The position numbers and the translations under genes were made by a program. A DNA stretch of 64,000 nt from Acidimicrobiia bacterium (GTDB taxonomy: Bacteria; Actinomycetota; Acidimicrobiia; Spongiisociales; ZC4RG35). The notes under the pieces are model-generated. The model did no database searches and had not been told where the DNA came from. It saw only the letters and a list, made by a program, of their open reading frames with translations. Location: positions 1,536,001-1,600,000 of the forward strand of contig CBDBCY010000004.1 of assembly GCA_965203555.1 (NCBI GenBank), written 5' to 3'. This document shows, in pieces, positions 54,218-62,882 of the stretch (within the stretch, counting starts at the first letter, position 1; each line of letters begins with the position of its first letter).

Positions 54218-55504
54218 CTAAACCTCCTGAACGAGTCCTTCGCACCGCCTGCGGGTCCCTTCCTCAGTGACTGCCGGTTCTGGACGTTTCCATAGGCGTA
54301 CGATGAACCGATGTTCCTCTTCGATCAAGTCGGGCTCGGTTCCATTGTGAGCCAACATGGCCGGGATCACCTTGCATCGTATCCCCATGCCGCGGGCGTC
54401 CACATACCGATAGTCGCGCATCACGTTGACCAGCGTCTGGTTCCGGGCGTAGCGCATGCCCGATTTCATTCCCTCCAACGTAACGGTGTTGGGCAATCTG
54501 CCCGGGCTGTGAACCTCGAGCCGGTCGGAGAAGATCAACAGGGTTACGTCCGTGCCGACGATGCTGTAATCTCGATGGACCAGGGCGTTGACCAGGATTT
54601 CCCGGACCGCTTCTTCAGGAAACTCCCAACCGTCGATCCGTCTGGGCCCTTCCAAACGAGCAAACGGTGTGGTGTTGCGCCGAACGAAGTCCCACGCCCC
54701 CTCGACAACCCCGGTTTCGACAATCCGGCCGTCCCTGGAAAGCAGAGGAACCAAGGCGCCCTTGATCGACTCGTCCGCCCGCACCGTATAGTCCGGTTCC
54801 TCGCCGGGATAGCATATGGCCCGGATTCCGGACTGCGGCAGGAAGCGTCCCGTGTTCAGCCCGAAGATGAGCATCCCATCGACAGTGGGCACGGTTTTCC
54901 CTCCCGAAACCACCGCAAAACCCAGGTTGCGCAACAGCGTCTCCCATCCGTCAGAACCTTGAGAGGGAATGTCGCCGTAGTCCAAAACGCGGGTGAAGTA
55001 ATCCTGCAACCGGCGATGATCCACATCTTCGATGTCAGCACCCAACACGGGTTTCAGCCCGTAACGAAGCCCTCCCGACTGCTGATACAGTCGTTGCTCC
55101 TCTTCACGGGAGGCGTCTCGAGTGGTCGTCCCCGCTCGTACCTTGGTTATCCACCCACCTCCCTGTTTGACCTTGTAGGGCTTGTCCGGCGCATTCTGAG
55201 CCAGGTAGATGACACCGATGCCGATACCCGACCCCAACTGCAACACCTGCCACGAAGGTATCAGGGCGGGCTGAATATGATCCCTGGCCACTTGCATGAT
55301 CCATTCTTCAGTTTCTTTCGACTCACGGGCAAGACCGGTGATCGTTCCGTCGTCCTCGACCCCCAGAAGGATGTGTCCGCCTTCCAGGTTGAGCAGAGCA
55401 GCCACTTCGGCCGCAAGCTTCCCTGGGCGGACATCGTCACGCTTGAACTCAACAGCAGAACTCTCGCCGTTTCTTATCATCTCCAGCAGGTCGGTTCTGT
55501 TCAT
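54218..55504 (-). CDS. AlbA_2/Schlafen-like domain plus HATPase_c_4 (RecG-C-like) protein
   Basis: GESSAVEFK, ALLNLEGGHILLGVEDDG, AVREILVNALVHRDYS, IFSDRLEVHSPG.LP, RN, GMGI. Confidence 0.85.
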   Translation of the reverse strand: MNRTDLLEMIRNGESSAVEFKRDDVRPGKLAAEVAALLNLEGGHILLGVEDDGTITGLARESKETEEWIMQVARDHIQPALIPSWQVLQLGSGIGIGVIYLAQNAPDKPYKVKQGGGWITKVRAGTTTRDASREEEQRLYQQSGGLRYGLKPVLGADIEDVDHRRLQDYFTRVLDYGDIPSQGSDGWETLLRNLGFAVVSGGKTVPTVDGMLIFGLNTGRFLPQSGIRAICYPGEEPDYTVRADESIKGALVPLLSRDGRIVETGVVEGAWDFVRRNTTPFARLEGPRRIDGWEFPEEAVREILVNALVHRDYSIVGTDVTLLIFSDRLEVHSPGRLPNTVTLEGMKSGMRYARNQTLVNVMRDYRYVDARGMGIRCKVIPAMLAHNGTEPDLIEEEHRFIVRLWKRPEPAVTEEGTRRRCEGLVQEV

Positions 55505-55557
55505 GAGCCGGTCCCCGACACCAGGGCGTGTTGACGCTTTTGGGGGGGCAGACTTCT

Positions 55558-56775
55558 TCATTTTCGTTGTTTGATCGGGCGTCGGCGCGTGGATCGGCGT
55601 CGGCCGCTCCGGTACTTAGGTCGGGGTGGGCGTCCCCATTGGGTGGGTGGCGGGCGGAGCCGGTAGGCGCCGGTTGTAGTGCGTTCAACCTGCCAGTCAT
55701 TGTCGTGTACTTTGTGGTGGCATCTGCTGCACAGAAGACACATGTTGTCCAGGTTGGTGGGACCCCCGTCTTGCCAGTGGACAATGTGGTGGGCCTGGCA
55801 CCAGGAGGCTTTGGCGCCGCAACCGATGCAGGCCCGGTCGCGGGCGACCAGCGCGGCCCGTTGGGAACCGCTGGCCGTCCGCCGGGCCCGTCCCAAATCC
55901 AGCGGTACCGACGGTCCCGAGAAGATGGCCGGGAGGACTTGCGCGTCGCAGGCCAACTCGCGTAGCGTCTGGGCGGGGAGGGGGGTTCCGTTCTCTAGGC
56001 GAGGGTTGCCCAACTGTTGGCTGACCGCGTCGTAGTCGGCGATCAACAACAACCTCACGTCCTGAGACCGACCGTCTTTTCCTTGGCGGGTGACCAGTTC
56101 GGCTATGGCGTCGGCCATCCGCTGACCCGCAGTAGCCCGATCGGTGGGGTCCTCTTTGTGCCACAGATCCTTCATCATGTGAGACACCGCCGTCTCGACC
56201 CGGGCACCGGTGACCGGGTCGAAACGCCCATACAACACGGTCATTCCGTCGTCTTGGTCGGTGGTGAGCTTGGCGAACCGGCGGGAACGCTGATGCTCCA
56301 ACTTCGACACACCATCATCCTCTGAACGCTTCTGTTCGTGTTTGCGGACCATGCGGGCGAACTTGTCAGGAGACTGGGAACGGGCACCGTCCAACAATTC
56401 ATTCTCGTCAATGGTTCCCCTCTGGTTGGCGCCCGCCAGGATACGCGCGTTGTCAGCAGAGATCTCTCCCTTTTGGAAACCTTCCCGCGTCTTGGGCAGT
56501 TCCTCCAACCCCCGGGCGGTCTCCACCTCCGACCGGGCCTTCCGACGGCCCAACAGCCCGTCCTCCCGCAATATCGTTTCCACCTTCTCCGTTCCCTGGC
56601 GGCGGCGCAACTCCGACACCGCCTGGGCGCGGACCGCCGCCACTTGGTTCTGGACGCGGATGGTGGACTGTATACGCTGTTTCAGTTCTTCGACCGACGC
56701 CTCCACGACCGGCATGGTGGGTGACAGCAACTTGGCCAGGTTGGCGGACCGCCGACGGTTGACTGCTTGTTTCAT
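55558..56775 (-). CDS. DUF222 + HNH endonuclease (13E12-repeat-like)
   Basis: QRMADA, LACDA, PLDLGRARR..S..QRAALVARDRACIGCG, CQAHHIVHWQDGGPTNLDNMCLLCSRCHHKVH. Confidence 0.9.
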   Translation of the reverse strand: MKQAVNRRRSANLAKLLSPTMPVVEASVEELKQRIQSTIRVQNQVAAVRAQAVSELRRRQGTEKVETILREDGLLGRRKARSEVETARGLEELPKTREGFQKGEISADNARILAGANQRGTIDENELLDGARSQSPDKFARMVRKHEQKRSEDDGVSKLEHQRSRRFAKLTTDQDDGMTVLYGRFDPVTGARVETAVSHMMKDLWHKEDPTDRATAGQRMADAIAELVTRQGKDGRSQDVRLLLIADYDAVSQQLGNPRLENGTPLPAQTLRELACDAQVLPAIFSGPSVPLDLGRARRTASGSQRAALVARDRACIGCGAKASWCQAHHIVHWQDGGPTNLDNMCLLCSRCHHKVHDNDWQVERTTTGAYRLRPPPTQWGRPPRPKYRSGRRRSTRRRPIKQRK

Positions 56776-56983
56776 GCCTACAGTATGCACAGGGGGTGTG
56801 ACAAAACATCACCAAGTTGTGAAAACAAACACTAAAATACCGAAAAATCTCACCCCAGAGGTCTACGGCTACCGAAAAGCACCCACCGGGCGCCAGCGAC
56901 AAAACCGGCCTCCCGGTCGGTCAAGATTCCTCCCTCTTATCACCTCCACCTCATCCGCGGCGCGTTTGTAATGTGAACCCGCC

Positions 56984-57859
56984 CTACCCTGTCCACCCTT
57001 CGGCGGGGCGGTCGAACCAGACGTGGACCTGGCCGGTGCCGGTGGCGTTCTCGTAGTCGGAGAATTGGCGGCCCGGCGCCCGGCACCGCTCTCCGCCGAC
57101 CGAGGCGACCATGGCCAGGTAGTGGCCGAACCCCGCTTCCGGCTCATGGGGGAGGTACTCGGGCATCGTCCCGATGATCCGGGCATGATCACCATCCGCC
57201 ATCCACGCTAGGCGCTCCTCGTCGGCGGCCCGAGCCTCCGGAGTGAAAATGTGAACCGGATCGGATGCTTCATGGTCGATCAACTGCCGAAGCGGCCAGA
57301 ACCGATGGGTCATTCCTCCTGACGCCAGCACCACCACCCGCCGGTCCACCGAAGCAACGGCTCTGCCGAGCGCTTCCCCCAGGTGCAAGAAATCTTCGGT
57401 CTCCCCGGTCTGCACCATGCTGACCGACAACACCCTTTCGCTGCGGCACAGATAGTGGACCAGGTTGATCGTCCCGTAGTGGACCGGCAGGTAGGGATCG
57501 GAGATAGGGGTGCCTTTCACTCCGTTCCCGGTCACCTCCTCGGCAGCGGCTTCGGCCAAATCCGGGTCTCCCCGATAGTCGTAGGGAAGCTGGGAGATGC
57601 CGCGGGGAAGTTCCTCGGAGGTGTACCTGCCGCTGCGCCGCTCGTGGGAGGCGAACACATGCTCCACGGTGGTGTGCCAGTGGGTGTCGAATATCACGAT
57701 CGTATCCGGGGAGAGAGCGTCCAGCACCTCAGAGCGCAGCCTCCTCAGACCGGGCACCAGGCTGATCTCCTTGCCCTCGTTCAGTTCGTATCTCACCTCC
57801 CGGGGAAGCATCACCGTCGGAGCGTGGGAAATCAGTCCCACTCCCACTATCTCACCCAT
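56984..57859 (-). CDS. LigB-family extradiol ring-cleavage dioxygenase (HpaD-like)
   Basis: MGEIVG.G..SHAPT, FDTHW, TSEELPRG, HYGTIN, ASGGMTHRFWPL, YENATGTGQVHVWF. Confidence 0.85.
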   Translation of the reverse strand: MGEIVGVGLISHAPTVMLPREVRYELNEGKEISLVPGLRRLRSEVLDALSPDTIVIFDTHWHTTVEHVFASHERRSGRYTSEELPRGISQLPYDYRGDPDLAEAAAEEVTGNGVKGTPISDPYLPVHYGTINLVHYLCRSERVLSVSMVQTGETEDFLHLGEALGRAVASVDRRVVVLASGGMTHRFWPLRQLIDHEASDPVHIFTPEARAADEERLAWMADGDHARIIGTMPEYLPHEPEAGFGHYLAMVASVGGERCRAPGRQFSDYENATGTGQVHVWFDRPAEGWTG

Positions 57860-59327
57860 GATCGGTCTCCTCTCTCCAGCCCCCAGGACCGAGGACCGTG
57901 TTGTTCAGATCGCAGTAGAAGTCAAAGCTGTACGCGCCACCCTCCCGACCGATCCCGGAATGCCGGCTTCCGCCGAACGGGGCTCGCAAATCACGCACAT
58001 AGAAGCAATTTACCCAGGTGGTGCCCGACACGATCTGGTCGGACAACCGTCGGGCACGATCCGGATCGCCGGTCACCAACGCCGCCGCCAGCCCGTACCT
58101 GGTCGAGTTGGCCATTTCCACCACCTCTGCGTCCGAAGCGAACGCCTGGAGGGTCAGCACCGGACCGAACACTTCCTCGGTCAGAATCTCCGAACCCGGC
58201 GGCGCGTCCAGAAAAAGGGTGGGGCGATAGTAGAGACCTCCCAGTGCCCGGTTCGGCCCACCCCCCAGCACCGGCCGCGCCCCCCCGGCCGCGGCTCGGC
58301 GGACAAAGCCATCCACCCGCTCCAGGTGAGCCCGGGAAATCAGCGGACCCAGATCCGTACCGGCGGAGCGGGGATCACCCTGCACCAAACTCCCTGCCTT
58401 TGCAAGGAACCGATCCAAGAAATCGTCGAACAGAGACTGGTGAACCAGGAGCCGGGTGGCGGCCAGGCATACCTGTCCGGCATTGTCATACTGCTCCACC
58501 GCCAGATCCACCGCCATGTCGAAATCGGCGTCGTCCAGGATCACCAGCGGGGATTTTCCTCCCAATTCCAGGCTGAGCGGGACCAGGTTGGCGCCGGCCG
58601 CCGCGCCTATCAGTCGGGCCGTTTCCACCGATCCGGTAAAGCTGATCCTCGCCACCCGGGGATCGGAGACCAGCGCCGCGCCAGCCTCCTCCCCGTAACC
58701 CTGCACCACATTGAAAACCCCCGGAGGAAGACCGGCCTCCTCGGTGATGTCGGCCAGGAGTGAGGCAGTGAGCGGCGACCATTCGGCGGGTTTCAACACC
58801 ACCGTGTTCCCGGCTGCCAGGGCGGGCGCCACCTTCCAGGTCGCCAGCATCAACGGAGCGTTCCAGGGAGTGATGAGAACCGTCACTCCCGACGGTTGAT
58901 GGGAGACCCGGTTGCGGTGACCGCGGGTGTCGAACTCGGGGTAACCGAGTTCCAGGAGGTAGTCGGCGAAGAACCGGAAATTGTACGCCGAGCGGGGCAT
59001 GAGCCCTCGAAGATTGGAACGCAGCAACGAGCCGTTGTCCATCGTCTCGACCGCCGCCAGTTCCCCGACCCGCTTCTCGATCCCCTCGGCGATCCGGTGG
59101 AGCGTCTCCGCCCTTTCCTCCCGGGACGTGCGACCCCAGACCGAAAACGCCTGCTCGGCGGCTGACACCGCCGCGGAGGCCTCATCCGCCCCGCCCCGGG
59201 CCACCGAAGCCAGATGCGACTCGTCGATGGGAGAAAAATCGGGGAAGATCCCATCGGAGGCAACCCTCCGACCCCCTATCCAATGATCGAGAGCGATCTG
59301 CGCCCCCGCCACCGAAGCGGTTCTCAT
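57852..59327 (-). CDS. Aldehyde dehydrogenase, (carboxymethyl)hydroxymuconic semialdehyde DH (HpaE/XylG)-like
   Basis: ITPWNAPLML.TWK, FTGS, LELGGKSP, GQVCLA, EEVFGPV, WVNCFYVRDLRAPFGG. Confidence 0.88.
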   Translation of the reverse strand: MRTASVAGAQIALDHWIGGRRVASDGIFPDFSPIDESHLASVARGGADEASAAVSAAEQAFSVWGRTSREERAETLHRIAEGIEKRVGELAAVETMDNGSLLRSNLRGLMPRSAYNFRFFADYLLELGYPEFDTRGHRNRVSHQPSGVTVLITPWNAPLMLATWKVAPALAAGNTVVLKPAEWSPLTASLLADITEEAGLPPGVFNVVQGYGEEAGAALVSDPRVARISFTGSVETARLIGAAAGANLVPLSLELGGKSPLVILDDADFDMAVDLAVEQYDNAGQVCLAATRLLVHQSLFDDFLDRFLAKAGSLVQGDPRSAGTDLGPLISRAHLERVDGFVRRAAAGGARPVLGGGPNRALGGLYYRPTLFLDAPPGSEILTEEVFGPVLTLQAFASDAEVVEMANSTRYGLAAALVTGDPDRARRLSDQIVSGTTWVNCFYVRDLRAPFGGSRHSGIGREGGAYSFDFYCDLNNTVLGPGGWREETDHG

Positions 59328-59669
59328 CTGGAACCTCCATCACCCGCAGGCCGGCCACCGGCCGACACTCGCGAAAACCCATCCCTATCCCGCGAAACCC
59401 GGCTGACCCCTCCTACCCGTTGGGCCCCGCCCCCGCCACCACCTTTCCGTTGATGAAAGCGCGCTCCGCAGGTCCCGCCAGGGGTCGCTTTCGAGGATAT
59501 GACCTCCTGTTTCTGCCGCGGTCCGATCGACGCCGGGAACGGACCGGGAGGTGTTTTTCGTGACATTGCCAATATGTGACGAAGCTGAGACACAATCAAC
59601 ACCCTGTCCTTCGTTTCCTGCGCGATTCTGTCATGTTTTTCACACCCCAATGGCATTCTGTCCGCTCTC

Positions 59670-60863
59670 TCAGCCGGATGAGACCCGCGCCATCTCCAGC
59701 GAGGCCCGGACTCTCTCCCCGGCTGCCCGCAACGCGCGGTTTTCCTCTTCGGAAAGGGTCATCTCCACCACTTCGATCAAACCGCCCCTGCCCAGCAGGG
59801 CCGGCACGCCCAGCACTATCCCCTCCATGCCGTATTCGCCCTCCAGCATCACCGACACCGGCGTCATTCCGGCCCTTTGGCCCCGCAGAGCATCCAACAC
59901 CTCACAGATGGCGTGTCCGGGGGCCAGGAATGCCGACCCGGTCCGGCGCAGGGACACCACCGCCCCACCGCCGCCTATGGTTCCCTCGACGCACCTTGCG
60001 ATCTGTTCGGAGGACAGCACCCGCCCCACCGGACGTCCCCTGATGGTCGCCCGGGACAGGACCGGCACCATCTCCGGACCGTGGCGGCCAAGGCAGAATG
60101 CCTGAACATCACGGGGAGCAACCCCGGCCTCCCGGGCCAGCAGGTAGCGAAAGCGGCTGGAATCCAGGGTGCCGGCCATTCCCAGGACCTGCCTGCGTCC
60201 AAAGCCCGACGCCGAGAGGGCCTCGACGGTCATTTCGTCCAACGGGTTGGTCACCACCACTATCACCGCCTGCGGGGCGTGGGCCGCCACCTCCTCCGCC
60301 ACCGAACGGACCACCCTCCCGTTGACGGCGATCAGCCCGGCCCGGTCCATTCCCGGAGAACGGGGACGACCGGCAGTGATCACCACCACTTCCGCATCGG
60401 CGAGCAGCGCCGACTCGGACCCACCCCTCACCCTGACCGAGGCGCCGGTTATCCCGGAGGTGTGCTCCACGTCGAGGGCCACCGAGGCGGCAAGTCCCGA
60501 CACCACATCCACCAGGGTGATTTCCGATGCCATATCCGAGACGGCGGCCAGGTGGGCAACAGTGGTTCCCACATTCCCGGCGCCGACCACCGCCAGCCTG
60601 GTCAGACGCCGCGGTCGCATTCCCACCGGAGGATCCGGCGCCATCCAACGGGGAGCGCTTCGGTACAGGACCCGCCGTACCGCGGTGGCGGGATCGACAG
60701 CCCGCGGCTCGGGGACGGGCACCGGCCCCTCCACCAACTCCAAGCCGAGGGTGGCGATCACCTCCCGGGCCTGGGGAGTGATGATATCCCCGGGTAGGAA
60801 GACGATCTCGCGGCGTCCCCTCCTCGCCTCCTCCCGGACCAGGGACTCACCGATCACAACCAT
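59670..60863 (-). CDS. Malate dehydrogenase (LDH-like fold) with an EutQ-N-like extension
   Basis: VVGAGNVG, ITAGRPRSPGMDR (MDH-type Arg), VTNPLD, GMAGTLDSSRF, LGRHG. Confidence 0.85.
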   Translation of the reverse strand: MVVIGESLVREEARRGRREIVFLPGDIITPQAREVIATLGLELVEGPVPVPEPRAVDPATAVRRVLYRSAPRWMAPDPPVGMRPRRLTRLAVVGAGNVGTTVAHLAAVSDMASEITLVDVVSGLAASVALDVEHTSGITGASVRVRGGSESALLADAEVVVITAGRPRSPGMDRAGLIAVNGRVVRSVAEEVAAHAPQAVIVVVTNPLDEMTVEALSASGFGRRQVLGMAGTLDSSRFRYLLAREAGVAPRDVQAFCLGRHGPEMVPVLSRATIRGRPVGRVLSSEQIARCVEGTIGGGGAVVSLRRTGSAFLAPGHAICEVLDALRGQRAGMTPVSVMLEGEYGMEGIVLGVPALLGRGGLIEVVEMTLSEEENRALRAAGERVRASLEMARVSSG

Positions 60864-60871
60864 GTTCGCGC

Positions 60872-61495
60872 CTAGCGGCCTTCCACCGCCTCCACCGCCT
60901 CCACCGCCGCCTCCAAAGCGGTGGCCACGTTCTCCTCGGATCCGCTGATGAAAAGCCGCCCGTAACGACCCACCGCTCGGACCTGCACGATGCTGATCAG
61001 CGCCGACTTCTCGGCTGCATTGGCGCCGATGGCGATATACCCGGCGGGAGCGCACTCCACGATGCCCAGGGTCTCCCCCGGCACCACCATGCTGCCCCGG
61101 CGCCACTTGTTCAGCAACTGGGCCTGGTAGGGCTCCACCGAATTGATGCGCTGGACACTTTCGATCCGGGGTTTGAGCCGGTCATGAAGCGACATGCCCA
61201 GATGAGCCAGAATGGCTTCCCGGGCCACCGTTATCTCCGATGGAACCCGTGAGCGAAGAATGAAAAACCCGAATTCCCGTTCCACGATCTGGCTGGTGGC
61301 CTCCACCGTGGCAGCTTTGAGGGCGATATCCACCAGTCGGAACACCTCGTTGCCCGGCGCCATCTCGCCCACCAGCACCGAGTCGCCGGCCAGGGGAATC
61401 GATCCCTGCACGGTGGCCCCGTTGTAGGCGGCGAATTTGGGCTGCAGGCCGTCCAGTTGGAAAAAAGCGCGGATGGTCAACGAGTTGTCCGTCAC
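60872..61495 (-). CDS. Bacterial microcompartment shell protein, tandem-domain BMC-T (CcmP/CsoS1D-like)
   Basis: LDGLQPKFAAY, E.APG...R.VDIALKA, VEREFG, LKPRI, YQAQLLN..RRGSM..PGETL, AN.AEK.A, GRYGRLFISG. Confidence 0.88.
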   Translation of the reverse strand: MTDNSLTIRAFFQLDGLQPKFAAYNGATVQGSIPLAGDSVLVGEMAPGNEVFRLVDIALKAATVEATSQIVEREFGFFILRSRVPSEITVAREAILAHLGMSLHDRLKPRIESVQRINSVEPYQAQLLNKWRRGSMVVPGETLGIVECAPAGYIAIGANAAEKSALISIVQVRAVGRYGRLFISGSEENVATALEAAVEAVEAVEGR

Positions 61496-62877
61496 CGGAC
61501 CCCTCCGAACTCATCCCACAGGTTGCGCCACGGACGGTTCTGGTAGGCAATCCGTTTGATGTTGATCAGATGCAAGGCGGTGATGTTGTCGGAGGATATC
61601 GAGCCCGACCAGGTGCCGGTGCCCAGCATGAAGCTCGGCTCCAGATCCACCGAATAGCCCATGCCGCCGTAAAGGCAGGGAGTGTTTACCAGGATCCGCC
61701 CGGCGGGGAGTTTTCCGAACAACGCCACCTCGTCGGGGTCGTGGGAATGAACCGCCAGCGTGTGGCCGATCCCACCGAAGTCCAGAATCTCCTCACACCG
61801 CCGAAACCCGGCCGCCCGATCGGCTTCCTCGTAGAAGGCCAGCACCGGATTGAGCTTCTCGTGAGACAGCAGGTGCTCCCGACCCACCGCTTCCAGTTCG
61901 GCGATCAGCACCCGCGTACCGGGCGGGGTGTCGAAGCCGGCCAGTTCGGCCAGCCGGACCGCCGATTGGCCCACCGTGGAGGGAATGATGCTTCCCCTCT
62001 GCCCGAAGATCACCCGTCCCAGCCGATCCGCTTCCCTCGGCGTGCAGAAGTATCCACCCGCCAGCCGCAGTTCGGTTCGAAGGGCGGGGGCTATCCGCCG
62101 GTGAGCGACTATCGCCTGCTCGGCCACGCAGGCGGTGCCGTAATCGAAAGACTTGGAGTTGATGATCTGCTCGGCCACCTCATCCAACTCGTTGACCATG
62201 GAAGGACCCACATACACGGGGACGTTCCCCGGTCCCACCGCCAAGGTGGGCTTTCCGGACGAGTAGGCGGCCCTCACCATGGCGGTGCCGCCGGTGGCCA
62301 TCACCACCGACGTGCGGCGATGGCGCATCAACTCGCCGCTTCCCTCCAGAGTCACCTCGGTGAGACAGTTGATCAGACCCTTGGGCGCCCCGGCCGCCTC
62401 CGCAGCTTCGGCCATGATTCGGGCGGTCTCCGCGCAGCACCGCACCGCTCGGGGATGGGGAGCGCAGACAATCGCATTACCCGCCTTGACCGCGGAGAGT
62501 ACCTTGAAGATCACGGTCGAGGTCGGGTTGGTGACCGGGATTAGAGCCGCCACCACCCCCATCGGCTCCCCCACCGCCATCACCTTGGTGGTCTCGTCAT
62601 GCCACAGCACTCCCACGCACCGGATCTTGCGAAGCCACTCCCACACTCCCAGGGCGTTATAGAGATTCTTGTACAGCTTGTCCTCGGCATTGCCGTACCG
62701 GGTCTCGACGGCCGCCATCTCTCCCAGCCGACCGCACTCCGGTTCGATGGCCACCACCATCGCTTCCACTATCCGGTCGATGGTTTCCTGGGATGCGCCG
62801 CGGAATCTCTCGAAGGCCGACCGGGCCGACGTAACCGCCTGCCGGGCCTGGGCGATGCTGCGAAGATCAGCGTCCAT
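61492..62877 (-). CDS. CoA-acylating aldehyde dehydrogenase (EutE/PduP/AdhE-N-type)
   Basis: D.DLRSI.QAR, IPVTNPTST, PHPRA, ATGG.AMVRAAYSSGKP, SKSFDYGTACVAEQ, EKLNPVL. Confidence 0.9.
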   Translation of the reverse strand: MDADLRSIAQARQAVTSARSAFERFRGASQETIDRIVEAMVVAIEPECGRLGEMAAVETRYGNAEDKLYKNLYNALGVWEWLRKIRCVGVLWHDETTKVMAVGEPMGVVAALIPVTNPTSTVIFKVLSAVKAGNAIVCAPHPRAVRCCAETARIMAEAAEAAGAPKGLINCLTEVTLEGSGELMRHRRTSVVMATGGTAMVRAAYSSGKPTLAVGPGNVPVYVGPSMVNELDEVAEQIINSKSFDYGTACVAEQAIVAHRRIAPALRTELRLAGGYFCTPREADRLGRVIFGQRGSIIPSTVGQSAVRLAELAGFDTPPGTRVLIAELEAVGREHLLSHEKLNPVLAFYEEADRAAGFRRCEEILDFGGIGHTLAVHSHDPDEVALFGKLPAGRILVNTPCLYGGMGYSVDLEPSFMLGTGTWSGSISSDNITALHLINIKRIAYQNRPWRNLWDEFGGVR

Positions 62878-62882
62878 TGCTC

